Below the pieces are notes generated by a model. It searched no databases. It saw nothing but the letters and a program-made list of their open reading frames with translations, and was not told where the DNA came from. From a virus (taxonomy: Duplodnaviria; Caudoviricetes), in the IMG/VR virus record IMGVR_UViG_3300038393_002038, positions 1-53,076 of that record: DNA of 53,076 nt; one strand, written 5' to 3'. The translations under genes were made by a program, and so were the position numbers. This document shows positions 39,417 to 48,087 of the stretch, in pieces (position 1 is the stretch's first letter; each line of letters begins with the position of its first letter).

Positions 39417-39866
39417 TTATCTCGAAAAAGAAAGCCCTGTGAAGTTAGTAATTTTTTCAAATACAGCTGGACCTAATTTATTTTTTAGCCAATCTTTTTT
39501 ATAATCTCCGCCGAGTCCAAAAATATCATCATATTTCTTTTCGAGCATGGGTCCTTTTTGATCATTGGAAAATTCTTTAATTGTGTCCCCTTCGAGTTGT
39601 GCATTGATCTGAGACTGAAAAGCACCTGTCAATAATAAATCAGGAGTTCCAAATCCTGGTGCTGCATTCATCGCAAATTTCTTAGCTGCATAAGCGCTGT
39701 TTTTATACTTTGGCTGTATCTTTTTACCCTTATTAGTCAACCCGGCTTTCATCTGACTGATGTTCTGCTGCTCAAAATCACTCTTCGTTTCATAGAAACT
39801 ATCATCAATGATTGTATCTGTATTGAGTGTACGAAACTTTTCAGTTAATCCTTTTATCGTAAGCAT
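39417..39866 (-). CDS. Neck/tail-completion protein
   Basis: PDLLLTGAF..I, KY..IFGL; start reassigned to MLTIK. Confidence 0.65.
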   Translation of the reverse strand: MLTIKGLTEKFRTLNTDTIIDDSFYETKSDFEQQNISQMKAGLTNKGKKIQPKYKNSAYAAKKFAMNAAPGFGTPDLLLTGAFQSQINAQLEGDTIKEFSNDQKGPMLEKKYDDIFGLGGDYKKDWLKNKLGPAVFEKITNFTGLSFSR

Positions 39867-39918
39867 GGCAATGGTTTGAAAAATAAAGGCGGCGTTTCTG
39901 CCGCCCTTATCGCTTTGG

Positions 39919-40104
39919 TTAATCTTCAAAGTCATCCTCTGGCTCTGTTTTCTCCTCTTCTTCGCTTGATTGAGGATTAAGTAAGTCGAAAGCCTCGTTT
40001 AGTTGCTTTTCACTCAGGGAATGGTGCCTCTCGTGTGCAATAAACTCAGCCCTCGACTTTCCTTTCCAAAAGGATTCATTGAAACTGACTGATTCGAATT
40101 TCAT
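39919..40104 (-). CDS. Small acidic tail-region protein
   Basis: Directly after the major tail gene. Confidence 0.65.
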   Translation of the reverse strand: MKFESVSFNESFWKGKSRAEFIAHERHHSLSEKQLNEAFDLLNPQSSEEEEKTEPEDDFED

Positions 40105-40106
40105 AC

Positions 40107-41069
40107 TTATGCTGTTTTGGTTAAAATCAGCGGAGTTCCTTCAATACCGGTTACATCGGCAGCGTCCAAAGTTGGAGCGTCTACCAGTGCAAGCTCGATC
40201 TGTGCGCCTGTAGTGAGAGCAGTATATGCTGTGGCGTCAAAAGTCACAGTCCAGCACTTGTTTGTTGTGTCATAAGCAACACTGGTAATGGCCAGTGGTG
40301 TTGCAAATGAAGCGCCTGTCTTTGCAGTCCAAAGTGACGAATCAGCCAGTAATGCCTGGAACACAGTAGTGTCTGCCACGTTAAGGAAGCTAAGGATGTT
40401 TGAAGTGCTTATTTTCAAACCAATACTCTTAACGTTGGTGGTGGAAGCAACAGCCTCGTACAAAAGAACATCATTCAATCCAACAATATCTGAAGCGTTG
40501 AATGAAGTGCCGGCAAACTCGGCATTTTCAACGAAATCACGGCTATCAATGATAGAGAGCGATATTTTTGTTGTTTTTGCGCTGTTGCCGTCCTCGAATC
40601 CTTTCGGCTCAACACCTACGAGATATTTGGCTGCTTTAAAATTCTTATCACTGTCCAACACTCCCCATATTTTACTCTTGTCATCCATGATGAAGCACGG
40701 AACGATAAGACCATCAAAAGCAATGAGCTTCTTTTCTAAGGAAGACCCCGCCAGTACATCAAATTCATACCCTGCTTTTGAACGAAGCAATTTCAGCTGC
40801 AGGCCATAGCCTAATGTTGCCATTTTAGCGGCAGTGGTCTTATCGGTATTACCCTGAATTACAGGAAAGGGAAAAAGCTTATCTGAAGAGCCTGTTGCCT
40901 GTTTCAACTTGCTCTGAAAAGCCGCCTCGAATGTAGCATTGGTAGCATAATCGGACGGAGCAAAGGATGCTGAACCGGCGATGATTTGCACCGGAAGCCC
41001 CCTGGTTGGATCGCAATCAATAGCGCCAGTGTTGGCACCGATTGAACTGCATATTGAAAATCCTGTCAT
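40107..41069 (-). CDS. Major tail tube protein
   Basis: Position, size, high-expression codon style. Confidence 0.7.
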   Translation of the reverse strand: MTGFSICSSIGANTGAIDCDPTRGLPVQIIAGSASFAPSDYATNATFEAAFQSKLKQATGSSDKLFPFPVIQGNTDKTTAAKMATLGYGLQLKLLRSKAGYEFDVLAGSSLEKKLIAFDGLIVPCFIMDDKSKIWGVLDSDKNFKAAKYLVGVEPKGFEDGNSAKTTKISLSIIDSRDFVENAEFAGTSFNASDIVGLNDVLLYEAVASTTNVKSIGLKISTSNILSFLNVADTTVFQALLADSSLWTAKTGASFATPLAITSVAYDTTNKCWTVTFDATAYTALTTGAQIELALVDAPTLDAADVTGIEGTPLILTKTA

Positions 41070-41100
41070 GTTTTGTTATTTAAATTTGATTTAAAATTGT

Positions 41101-41616
41101 TTAGCAATTAAGGTTGTTTTGGATCTTAAGGTTTTGGACTTTTAGCTGCAAAACATCAACAACGTCACTTAATACATTCTGCTGGTTTTCGCCCCAATAA
41201 GGATATTTGGTTTCCAGTGTTCTCAATTGACTTCTATAACCAAGAATAGCCGGATGAAGTGCAATCTGATTCTTAAGCTCGGTAACAATAGGATCCACGA
41301 TGGGAGTGTAAGTATTATCTTCACGCTCTTTTCGTTTATAAGTCGGATCGCTACCTGTTATGATAAATAACGTAAGCTCGGGAACCTCTGCGTAAAGTGT
41401 CGGCCATTTGCTTGAAGTTACTGTTACCGGTTGTTTTAAAAGAACCAGCGGATACTTTTTATCGAAGCTTGCCGGATCTTCATTGTATTGCTTCAGTGTC
41501 TGGTTTAGCTCCCTGATTTCTTCATAATGAGAATAAACAGGACGACCAAGGACCGTGGCCACCGCTGCAACCCAATCGGTAAAAATATTTTCAATTGTAT
41601 ATGGAGGATTGTTCAC
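41101..41616 (-). CDS. Tail terminator-like protein
   Basis: Position; KYPLV.L. Confidence 0.6.
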   Translation of the reverse strand: MNNPPYTIENIFTDWVAAVATVLGRPVYSHYEEIRELNQTLKQYNEDPASFDKKYPLVLLKQPVTVTSSKWPTLYAEVPELTLFIITGSDPTYKRKEREDNTYTPIVDPIVTELKNQIALHPAILGYRSQLRTLETKYPYWGENQQNVLSDVVDVLQLKVQNLKIQNNLNC

Positions 41617-42197
41617 GTAAATGCATTTATGGTTTGTAAAAACTTGTTTGCATTATTTCTGTGGTAAGCTCCATACATGCCAGAAATGCGAAAAACAGAA
41701 TTCAACCAGTCGCTGTAAGTGTCTTTATTATTATAAAGGAAATCAAACAGCTCGCGGTTGATGTACACCATGTTATTCCACGCTTTCACCATCTTATCTA
41801 TGGGGGTTGCGGATATTGCATTTTCGGACTGCATAACACCTTCTCCTGTACCTCCGGTATTCGTAACATTTGTTTTTTGATACTGGTAATACACATAATT
41901 AGCAATTAAACTGCCTTTGTACGTGCCGGTGGTGTAAATAAGCCCCCGCCATTTTCTGACTACTCCGTTAACATCTGTGTACTCTTTCCCATCTCTAAGG
42001 TCTGTCCACATTGGATCAATAGGAATTACTTTAAGTCCTGCTGTAAACGCAGTATAAGTCTCATATCCGAGCAACCCGAGCAAGATTTCCGGCTCATACT
42101 GATTGATAAGCCAGTTTAATTTCCCTTGCACCGATTGCTCAGATAATTGACCAATGGAACAGTCACCAAAAAAATAAGATGTGTCTATTAATGACAT
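41613..42197 (-). CDS. Head-tail adaptor
   Basis: Position after capsid; LID.SYF, IANYVYY, AWN.MV. Confidence 0.65.
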   Translation of the reverse strand: MSLIDTSYFFGDCSIGQLSEQSVQGKLNWLINQYEPEILLGLLGYETYTAFTAGLKVIPIDPMWTDLRDGKEYTDVNGVVRKWRGLIYTTGTYKGSLIANYVYYQYQKTNVTNTGGTGEGVMQSENAISATPIDKMVKAWNNMVYINRELFDFLYNNKDTYSDWLNSVFRISGMYGAYHRNNANKFLQTINAFT

Positions 42198-42203
42198 TTT
42201 TGT

Positions 42204-42494
42204 TTATTTTATGCTCCCTATTCCAAGCGAAGCAAAGTGTTTTGCGCTTTCTTTTGAAACGACAATAACTCCTTCGGGCATCGTTTTTTCACCCTTCCAG
42301 CCGTCGGGGTATTTCACCTGAAACTTCACATCGTTAGGATGTGCGCTAACTGGATCGCCTTTTTTGGAGATTCTCTCCACGGTAACGGTGCCTACTTCAA
42401 GTGTTTTTTGTTCAGTTTTTGCGGCGCCGCTTTGATCAGAGCTGTTTGGCTGTTCAGCGCTTTCGGGTTTCGTTTCTTTTGTTGCTTTTGCCAT
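42204..42494 (-). CDS. Small head-region protein
   Basis: Directly after capsid. Confidence 0.7.
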   Translation of the reverse strand: MAKATKETKPESAEQPNSSDQSGAAKTEQKTLEVGTVTVERISKKGDPVSAHPNDVKFQVKYPDGWKGEKTMPEGVIVVSKESAKHFASLGIGSIK

Positions 42495-42522
42495 AACCTT
42501 AATTTTTATATTTTATAATTTA

Positions 42523-43824
42523 TTAGGTAGTGATGGCAGTTTTAATAGCAGCAAAGGTTTGTCCTTTCACGATTGCAGCAGCCCTGATAGAACTGATATA
42601 ATCGAAGTAGTACTGCTCAAGTACAGTACTGAACATATTCTGCGCGAAGTCTGTTCCGTTGTAACCAACACGAACGATTAAGCCACCACGCAAAATGATG
42701 TTATACTGCTTAAAGTCACCTACCAACAGGTCATCTGTTGCCATTGCCGGATTACCTACCATTGCAATACCACCAAGTGAGGCAGGAGGCATTAAGAAGC
42801 GGCCCTGTGAATCCATCTGGGTATTTACTCTGTGGTTTTTAAAGGTGCTCATTACAGCAGCGTTTGCACCCTGTCCGAAAGTAGCATTGTCAACCTGAGC
42901 CGCAGCAGCATCAATAGCGAGATAATCATTGTAGGCAGTTAAAGCGGCGCCATTTTTATACTCGGTACCGGTATTGTAGGCTGTAGCAGCAGAGATAATA
43001 TCAGCAAGTACAGCTGTGTTAATCCTGTTGACAAGATCCACGCGGCCTTTACCCATGATATCGGATTGCAAACGAGCGAAGTCTAAAGAAAACTCTTCAG
43101 TAAATCCTATCAGTGTTGCTTCTTTTTTGTAGGTAGAGCTCTTTAGTGTGTATGCATACTGGCTTAAAGGTTTTGATCCACCTTCAGCAACATTTGCAGA
43201 AGAGCCTGTTTTGGCAACCTCTTCATACCACATTGCCATCATGGTGTCATAAGAAGCGTTAATGATGTTGCAGAGGTCAAATACCCATGCTGAATTACGG
43301 TACTGGCTTATGATTGTTGAATCGCCACCTAAACGAAGCAGGGAAGCGGCATCAATAGTCTGGAAAATAGAAGCAGCGGTGCCGCCGTTAATTCCGGATA
43401 TTGAAGCAACAGGTCCAACAGTTTTAGTGCTGTCAAAAGGCTTCATCACAAATTCGCCCTTCTCTCCAACGTTGATCATGTAGGTTTTGTTCCCGGCCCT
43501 GGCAGAGTAAATCTGTCTAAGGTCGTTTTCGTCCTCCTTAAGCACTTCACTTATTGACTTGGTGCCGATCTCCTGAGTTTTCAACTTGGCGTTGATCTCG
43601 GTAAGTGTGGTACCTTGTTTTTCTGCGATTTCTTTTACTGCTGCAAGAGCTTCTTCGCTTGATTTTTTAAATGAGTTGAAAGTTTCTTCCGAAATCTTTC
43701 CTTTGGCTGCCTCATTAGCAAAGGCCTTCGCCTTTTCCTCGTAGGCATCCAATTCTTTTTTTATTGCTTCCTTGGCATCTGCGCCAACTTTTGCCTGCAA
43801 CGCGGCTAATTCTTCTGGTGTCAT
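42523..43824 (-). CDS. Major capsid protein (HK97-type with N-terminal coiled-coil domain)
   Basis: VAEGGSKP, LLVGDF motifs; follows protease. Confidence 0.88.
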   Translation of the reverse strand: MTPEELAALQAKVGADAKEAIKKELDAYEEKAKAFANEAAKGKISEETFNSFKKSSEEALAAVKEIAEKQGTTLTEINAKLKTQEIGTKSISEVLKEDENDLRQIYSARAGNKTYMINVGEKGEFVMKPFDSTKTVGPVASISGINGGTAASIFQTIDAASLLRLGGDSTIISQYRNSAWVFDLCNIINASYDTMMAMWYEEVAKTGSSANVAEGGSKPLSQYAYTLKSSTYKKEATLIGFTEEFSLDFARLQSDIMGKGRVDLVNRINTAVLADIISAATAYNTGTEYKNGAALTAYNDYLAIDAAAAQVDNATFGQGANAAVMSTFKNHRVNTQMDSQGRFLMPPASLGGIAMVGNPAMATDDLLVGDFKQYNIILRGGLIVRVGYNGTDFAQNMFSTVLEQYYFDYISSIRAAAIVKGQTFAAIKTAITT

Positions 43825-43833
43825 TGTTTTTAA

Positions 43834-44697
43834 TTAATAATTGATAAATTTTGTTTCCTTGATCGCTCTGAGTAGATCAAAACTCTTTCGTTCATTCTCA
43901 GTTTGAAGAGTGCTTTTGGGCGGCTCAGTCTCAGTGTCTTCAGACGGCTGATCAGTTGAATAAACAGGGGTAAGTATATTGGCGCCGAATAGTACGGCTG
44001 ATACTTCAAAAATTTTGCATTCTGTCACGGCCCAGAAATAGCCTTTTGAATCAACGCTGTCTTTGTTGATCACCTGCGGATAGTATTTATCCCAATTCTT
44101 TTTTTCCTGCGCATCTTCCTCGTTCTTACTATCCAGGCAAAGGGAAATAGCCACGTATTGCAGGCCGATGGAATGCTGCTTTATTTGTCCATCTTCATAG
44201 AGATTATAAGCCTTACAATCATAATCTTCACATACCACGCTGGACATCATTAATGCCTGTGCTTTCTTTATGTCGCTTTGGAAGTTAAACATTGACAGAT
44301 CAATGTCTTTTGTGTACAGCACAGGATCCCTGCCGATGATATCATCTAAGGTGTAGCCGTGATTCTTTAAGTGGTAAACCAGTTTCTGACCTGAAGCTCC
44401 GATGTCTGCGATTGATTTTTTCCAGCAATCTTTGATCATTACGTCTCTTTGGCTGTCGCACCAACCGGACATGTTTCCTATGATGTCAACAGCAATTTCT
44501 TTTGTATCGCTGTCGACCTCTCCCGCGTTCTTAGCCTTTTTTCCTGTCTTCACAGGCGTGGACTTGCTGTATCCGAATTCTAAATCATCAGTCGTCGTAG
44601 GCATGGCCTTTTTTTGAGCAATCAACTTGCTTTTGTTTTTCCTTAAAAAAGAAAACAATTCTTCCTGAGATTCAAACTTTGGTACAAGGTTTTTCAT
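43834..44697 (-). CDS. Prohead maturation protease
   Basis: DS..D, H..NH, QHSIG, EVSAVLFGAN..TP. Confidence 0.85.
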   Translation of the reverse strand: MKNLVPKFESQEELFSFLRKNKSKLIAQKKAMPTTTDDLEFGYSKSTPVKTGKKAKNAGEVDSDTKEIAVDIIGNMSGWCDSQRDVMIKDCWKKSIADIGASGQKLVYHLKNHGYTLDDIIGRDPVLYTKDIDLSMFNFQSDIKKAQALMMSSVVCEDYDCKAYNLYEDGQIKQHSIGLQYVAISLCLDSKNEEDAQEKKNWDKYYPQVINKDSVDSKGYFWAVTECKIFEVSAVLFGANILTPVYSTDQPSEDTETEPPKSTLQTENERKSFDLLRAIKETKFINY

Positions 44698-44794
44698 TTC
44701 TGAATGATTTTATTTTCGCTTAATGATTTTTGCTTTTCAGCGTTAATTTTTTTTGCTTCCTTTACGTTTACTTCTTTTTTTTCTGTATTCATAA

Positions 44795-46225
44795 TTAATT
44801 ATTGTTGTTTCCGGAACTGCTTGAATTATCCGCAACAGTTATCTGCGCCGGTGAATTAAATTTTTTACCAAGGGCAACCCATTGATAGTAATACATGTCT
44901 CCATCAGGTATAGGATCCATCTGGTTAATCGCCAGCCATTGATTAGCTGTGATGATATTATTTTGCCACTCAATAAGTAATCCCTGATTTAAATAAAGCC
45001 TTGCACGGCCGCTGTTGATTTTGTCTTCCTGAAGAACAGGAATATGGCTAAAATCTTTTTTAATCGATACTCCATAATCAGCGGCGCCAAAGAATTCACT
45101 AATTTGTTCATACACCATATTCGAAAAGGGAATTACAAAATCCTGATACAGTTGTTTTTTGAAGGCTTCTGCCTCAGTACCTGATATTGATGTTGTATTT
45201 GCAGCAGCAAGAAGTCTGTAGGGATAATTCAGGGCGTCTGCTATTACCATTGTATCATCTTCGGCCCACTCAGTTAGCATAAGGTCCCTGTAAGGCATCC
45301 CCATTTGTTGCCATTTTAAAGCGCTGTTGGATACGATGAACTTCCATTGATTACTCTTTAATCCGTACCTGAGAAGATCGGTCTGTATCTCCTCTTTCTC
45401 ATCCTCATCCAACGGAATAACACCGGCCGGATCTTTTTCGGGTGTGAGAATTCCAAGTGCCCCACGGTAATGAATCAATGCTCCCTTACTGTTGTAAATC
45501 CCTATAACATTCGAGATATTTTGTTGGATAGACTTTATGGGACTGTTAGGTAGAAACAAGTGATTAAAGCCCGGCGTAATATCTTTGATAATGATTACGT
45601 CATCCTGACTCAGTGTAGTGATTTCGTTTCCATAACGGACCACTATCGATTCGATATAATTCCCTTTATCACTGAAGAAAGTTTTTTTGCTGGTGGTGAT
45701 TTCGCACATGTAGGGCGGAATGTTCCACATCGCAGTAGCGTCTTCATTTTTAAAGCCAACAGGCTTCACAGGAAGCCACACAGCGTAACCAAATAGGCGG
45801 AGATAAATCGCCGTTTGTGCGTCAAACTGTTTACCGTTTTGCATAGGATTCGGCCTGAGCAGTAATTTTTGAATCTTCTTGGTGTACGGATTGGTTACAT
45901 CTTTGTCTTTGGCATCAGCAAATCTTATTTTTCCATTCACATAAGCATAAGCCTGTTTATTAACTATAGAGTAAATAGGAGCGCAGCATTCATAAGCTTT
46001 GACAATATCTTTGAGACCGCCATAAGAAAAGAAAACATCAAAGGATCCCGCTCCGCCAAAATTCCATCCTTCATTTCCAAAAGCAATACCACCAGAGCGG
46101 TAATTTATAGGATTGATAACGTCTGACTGGATCGTGCCGCCAAGCCCCATGTCAAGCCCGAAAAAAGACTTTGCAGCGTTTCCGCTTATCCTTGCGATTT
46201 TATTAAATGCTTTCTCTTTTGTCAT
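44795..46225 (-). CDS. Portal protein
   Basis: LL.RPNPMQ...F, LFGYA; HK97-like portal size and position. Confidence 0.88.
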   Translation of the reverse strand: MTKEKAFNKIARISGNAAKSFFGLDMGLGGTIQSDVINPINYRSGGIAFGNEGWNFGGAGSFDVFFSYGGLKDIVKAYECCAPIYSIVNKQAYAYVNGKIRFADAKDKDVTNPYTKKIQKLLLRPNPMQNGKQFDAQTAIYLRLFGYAVWLPVKPVGFKNEDATAMWNIPPYMCEITTSKKTFFSDKGNYIESIVVRYGNEITTLSQDDVIIIKDITPGFNHLFLPNSPIKSIQQNISNVIGIYNSKGALIHYRGALGILTPEKDPAGVIPLDEDEKEEIQTDLLRYGLKSNQWKFIVSNSALKWQQMGMPYRDLMLTEWAEDDTMVIADALNYPYRLLAAANTTSISGTEAEAFKKQLYQDFVIPFSNMVYEQISEFFGAADYGVSIKKDFSHIPVLQEDKINSGRARLYLNQGLLIEWQNNIITANQWLAINQMDPIPDGDMYYYQWVALGKKFNSPAQITVADNSSSSGNNNN

Positions 46226-46235
46226 TTCATAAAAT

Positions 46236-46283
46236 AAAAAAGCCGTAATACGTTTTAAGTATTACGGCTTTCGATGAAGCTCT
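46236..46283 (-). promoter_or_regulatory. Conserved leader attenuator copy 4
   Basis: AGAGCTTCATCGAAAGCC-GTAATAC/GTATTAC-GGCTTTTTT upstream of portal ATG. Confidence 0.85.
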
Positions 46284-46368
46284 TCGGGTGCCCTATCCTG
46301 CTGTACACTTAGGAAATTATCATAAACGTCGCTTCATGTGAAATTGCGCAATCGCTATTCCGCAACGT

Positions 46369-46710
46369 TTAAAAAACTTTCAAGCACCCTTTTTCTATGT
46401 GTGTTGTAGCGAGAGCCGGATTCGAACCGGCGGCCTTCGGGTTATGAGCCCAACGAGCTAACCGCTGCTCTACCTCGCGATGTTTGAATTTACATGGCAC
46501 CATTTCTCTTTTACATTCTGCATGAACTCTGCAAATTTTAGGCGTGATGTCAATTGCTATCAATCCTTGTTTGAACTCAAATACATTTCTATGCCTGCAT
46601 TGAGAATTCGTGCAGTTCATAGAAATAGAAAAAGTTCCATCACCTATATCAACAAAGAGCAAAGTTTTATTGCAGTTCCTGCACTTCAGTTTTGTGTAAT
46701 TTTCCGGCAT
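46369..46710 (-). CDS. Mu Com-like zinc-finger regulator
   Basis: LKCRNCNKTLL...I...C....C..N, resembles the Com zinc ribbon. Confidence 0.7.
   Translation of the reverse strand: MPENYTKLKCRNCNKTLLFVDIGDGTFSISMNCTNSQCRHRNVFEFKQGLIAIDITPKICRVHAECKREMVPCKFKHREVEQRLARWAHNPKAAGSNPALATTHIEKGCLKVF
46407..46479 (-). tRNA. Initiator tRNA-fMet (CAT), CCA not encoded
   Basis: Cloverleaf; C1xU72 mismatch; GGG/CCC anticodon stem; GGTTCGAATCC. Confidence 0.93.
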
Positions 46711-46718
46711 AAAAATAA

Positions 46719-46735
46719 GTAATAAATTTTATTAC
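46719..46735. promoter_or_regulatory. 17-bp palindromic operator
   Basis: GTAATAAATTTTATTAC just upstream of the Com-like gene. Confidence 0.7.
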
Positions 46736-46858
46736 CAAGTAATTATTTTTATTGGTCAGTTATTTTATAGAAAACCCCTCGTAAAAACGAAGGGTGATTT
46801 TAAACTTTTATTCCTAAATTATTACCAATGAAATAACTATTGCTTTTCGATAGTAAAA

Positions 46859-46875
46859 GTAATATTATTTATTAC
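46859..46875. promoter_or_regulatory. 17-bp palindromic operator
   Basis: GTAATATTATTTATTAC. Confidence 0.65.
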
Positions 46876-46908
46876 TATTTGCTGGCATAATTATTAACAG
46901 GATGTGTA

Positions 46909-47133
46909 TTACTCAGCTTTCTTTCTTTTCAGGTAACGCTGCCTTAGTTCATAAAGCAAGTTCTCGTAACCTACAAAGCATGGTATATAAACCAACAACC
47001 AAACAAGTGGATTTTGAGTATAAAACGGAAGGCTTGGATTGTACCAGTGAAGTCCAGACGCTAGTATCAGGGACAAAATAGAAAATTTTATAGTGAAGGC
47101 TATTGCGTAAGTTATTATTTTCATGATTTCCAC
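46909..47133 (-). CDS. Small 2-TM protein
   Basis: Hydrophobic segments. Confidence 0.65.
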   Translation of the reverse strand: MEIMKIITYAIAFTIKFSILSLILASGLHWYNPSLPFYTQNPLVWLLVYIPCFVGYENLLYELRQRYLKRKKAE

Positions 47134-47136
47134 AGG

Positions 47137-47346
47137 TTATAAATTCTGTAATGTCTCTGGAAGTTTTTTCTGCTGGTTTTCAAAGTGCGCACTATAAATA
47201 TCTTTCATGTAAAGTAGACATTTTTCTGTTTCTGCATGGCGGGACTGAAGCGAAACTTCAAATGCTTTTTTAAGTTCGGTGAAAATTTCAAGCCGTTCCT
47301 CTGTGGAAGCATTCATGAAGTATCCCAAAAATTTATTTATATCCAT
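47137..47346 (-). CDS. Hypothetical protein
   Basis: Operon ORF. Confidence 0.6.
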   Translation of the reverse strand: MDINKFLGYFMNASTEERLEIFTELKKAFEVSLQSRHAETEKCLLYMKDIYSAHFENQQKKLPETLQNL

Positions 47347-47396
47347 AGTTTTATTTATTTAATTTTTAGTTAGGTAAATCATTTACTGCGCATTGC

Positions 47397-47681
47397 TTAT
47401 AAATTTGGAAGCTTATTAATCCTATCGATATAATCTGAACAACCTCTGAAACCTTTCTTCTTCCATGCTTTTTTTAAAGCTCTGTAATGATTTAGGGCAA
47501 CTTGTACAGGGTATTTAAAAAGGTACTTGCCGTCGGGGAGTTTTTCAGCATCCACATATCCCCATTCTTCAAGTTCTTCCTGAGTATAGATGTGTTTTTC
47601 GTGTGAATTGCGTAAGACAATCGGCATTCGTTTGGCAAGGTCTCTAAGTTGGTTTTCGGTTTCTTTATCGAGCGGAAACAT
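47397..47681 (-). CDS. Hypothetical protein
   Basis: TAATG coupling at 47681. Confidence 0.65.
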   Translation of the reverse strand: MFPLDKETENQLRDLAKRMPIVLRNSHEKHIYTQEELEEWGYVDAEKLPDGKYLFKYPVQVALNHYRALKKAWKKKGFRGCSDYIDRINKLPNL

Positions 47682-47974
47682 TAGAAAGTTGGTTTTTGAG
47701 TTAATATCATCATTGGCTGGAAGTTGTTTCCAAAAAGACATTGACGGTACCATATTTTTCTCGTAGCTATAATTTCCGCAATCTCATCATCTGTTAGTTC
47801 GAAACAGGCCGTCATTGTCCATGGAATTTGCTTAGTAGGGACCGGGAGCAGAGGGTCATAAGGCTTTTCATTGTCAATTACCTCTTTTACTTCACAAAAA
47901 ACAGGAAGTGTTTCATATTCAGGTTGGTCTTCTGCAAGCATTACGTTCCGTTGTGGAAAATCTATTGCTTTCAT
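47681..47974 (-). CDS. Conserved phage protein
   Basis: F.Q.NV..AEDQPEY..LP, FQPM. Confidence 0.75.
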   Translation of the reverse strand: MKAIDFPQRNVMLAEDQPEYETLPVFCEVKEVIDNEKPYDPLLPVPTKQIPWTMTACFELTDDEIAEIIATRKIWYRQCLFGNNFQPMMILTQKPTF

Positions 47975-47993
47975 TTGTTAAGTTTTTTCAAAA

Positions 47994-48010
47994 GTAATAA
48001 AAAATATTAC
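47994..48010. promoter_or_regulatory. 17-bp palindromic operator overlapping a TACTTTTG -7 box
   Basis: GTAATAAAAAATATTAC. Confidence 0.7.
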
Positions 48011-48087
48011 TTAAAATAAATTAATTGTACATTTGTGTACTCATAAGTTAGTTTTGGTGACGGCCTTTGTTTCTACAGGGGCCTTTT

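Noticed and set aside
30577-40809. Long antisense ORFs (e.g. 30803-31366, 36158-36589, 40288-40809)
   Set aside because: Mirror frames of strongly coding structural genes; no independent signals
27307-46283. Attenuator repeats as MITE/REP elements or CRISPR repeats
   Set aside because: No target duplications; same orientation and fixed position before start codons; stems diverge while pairing is kept
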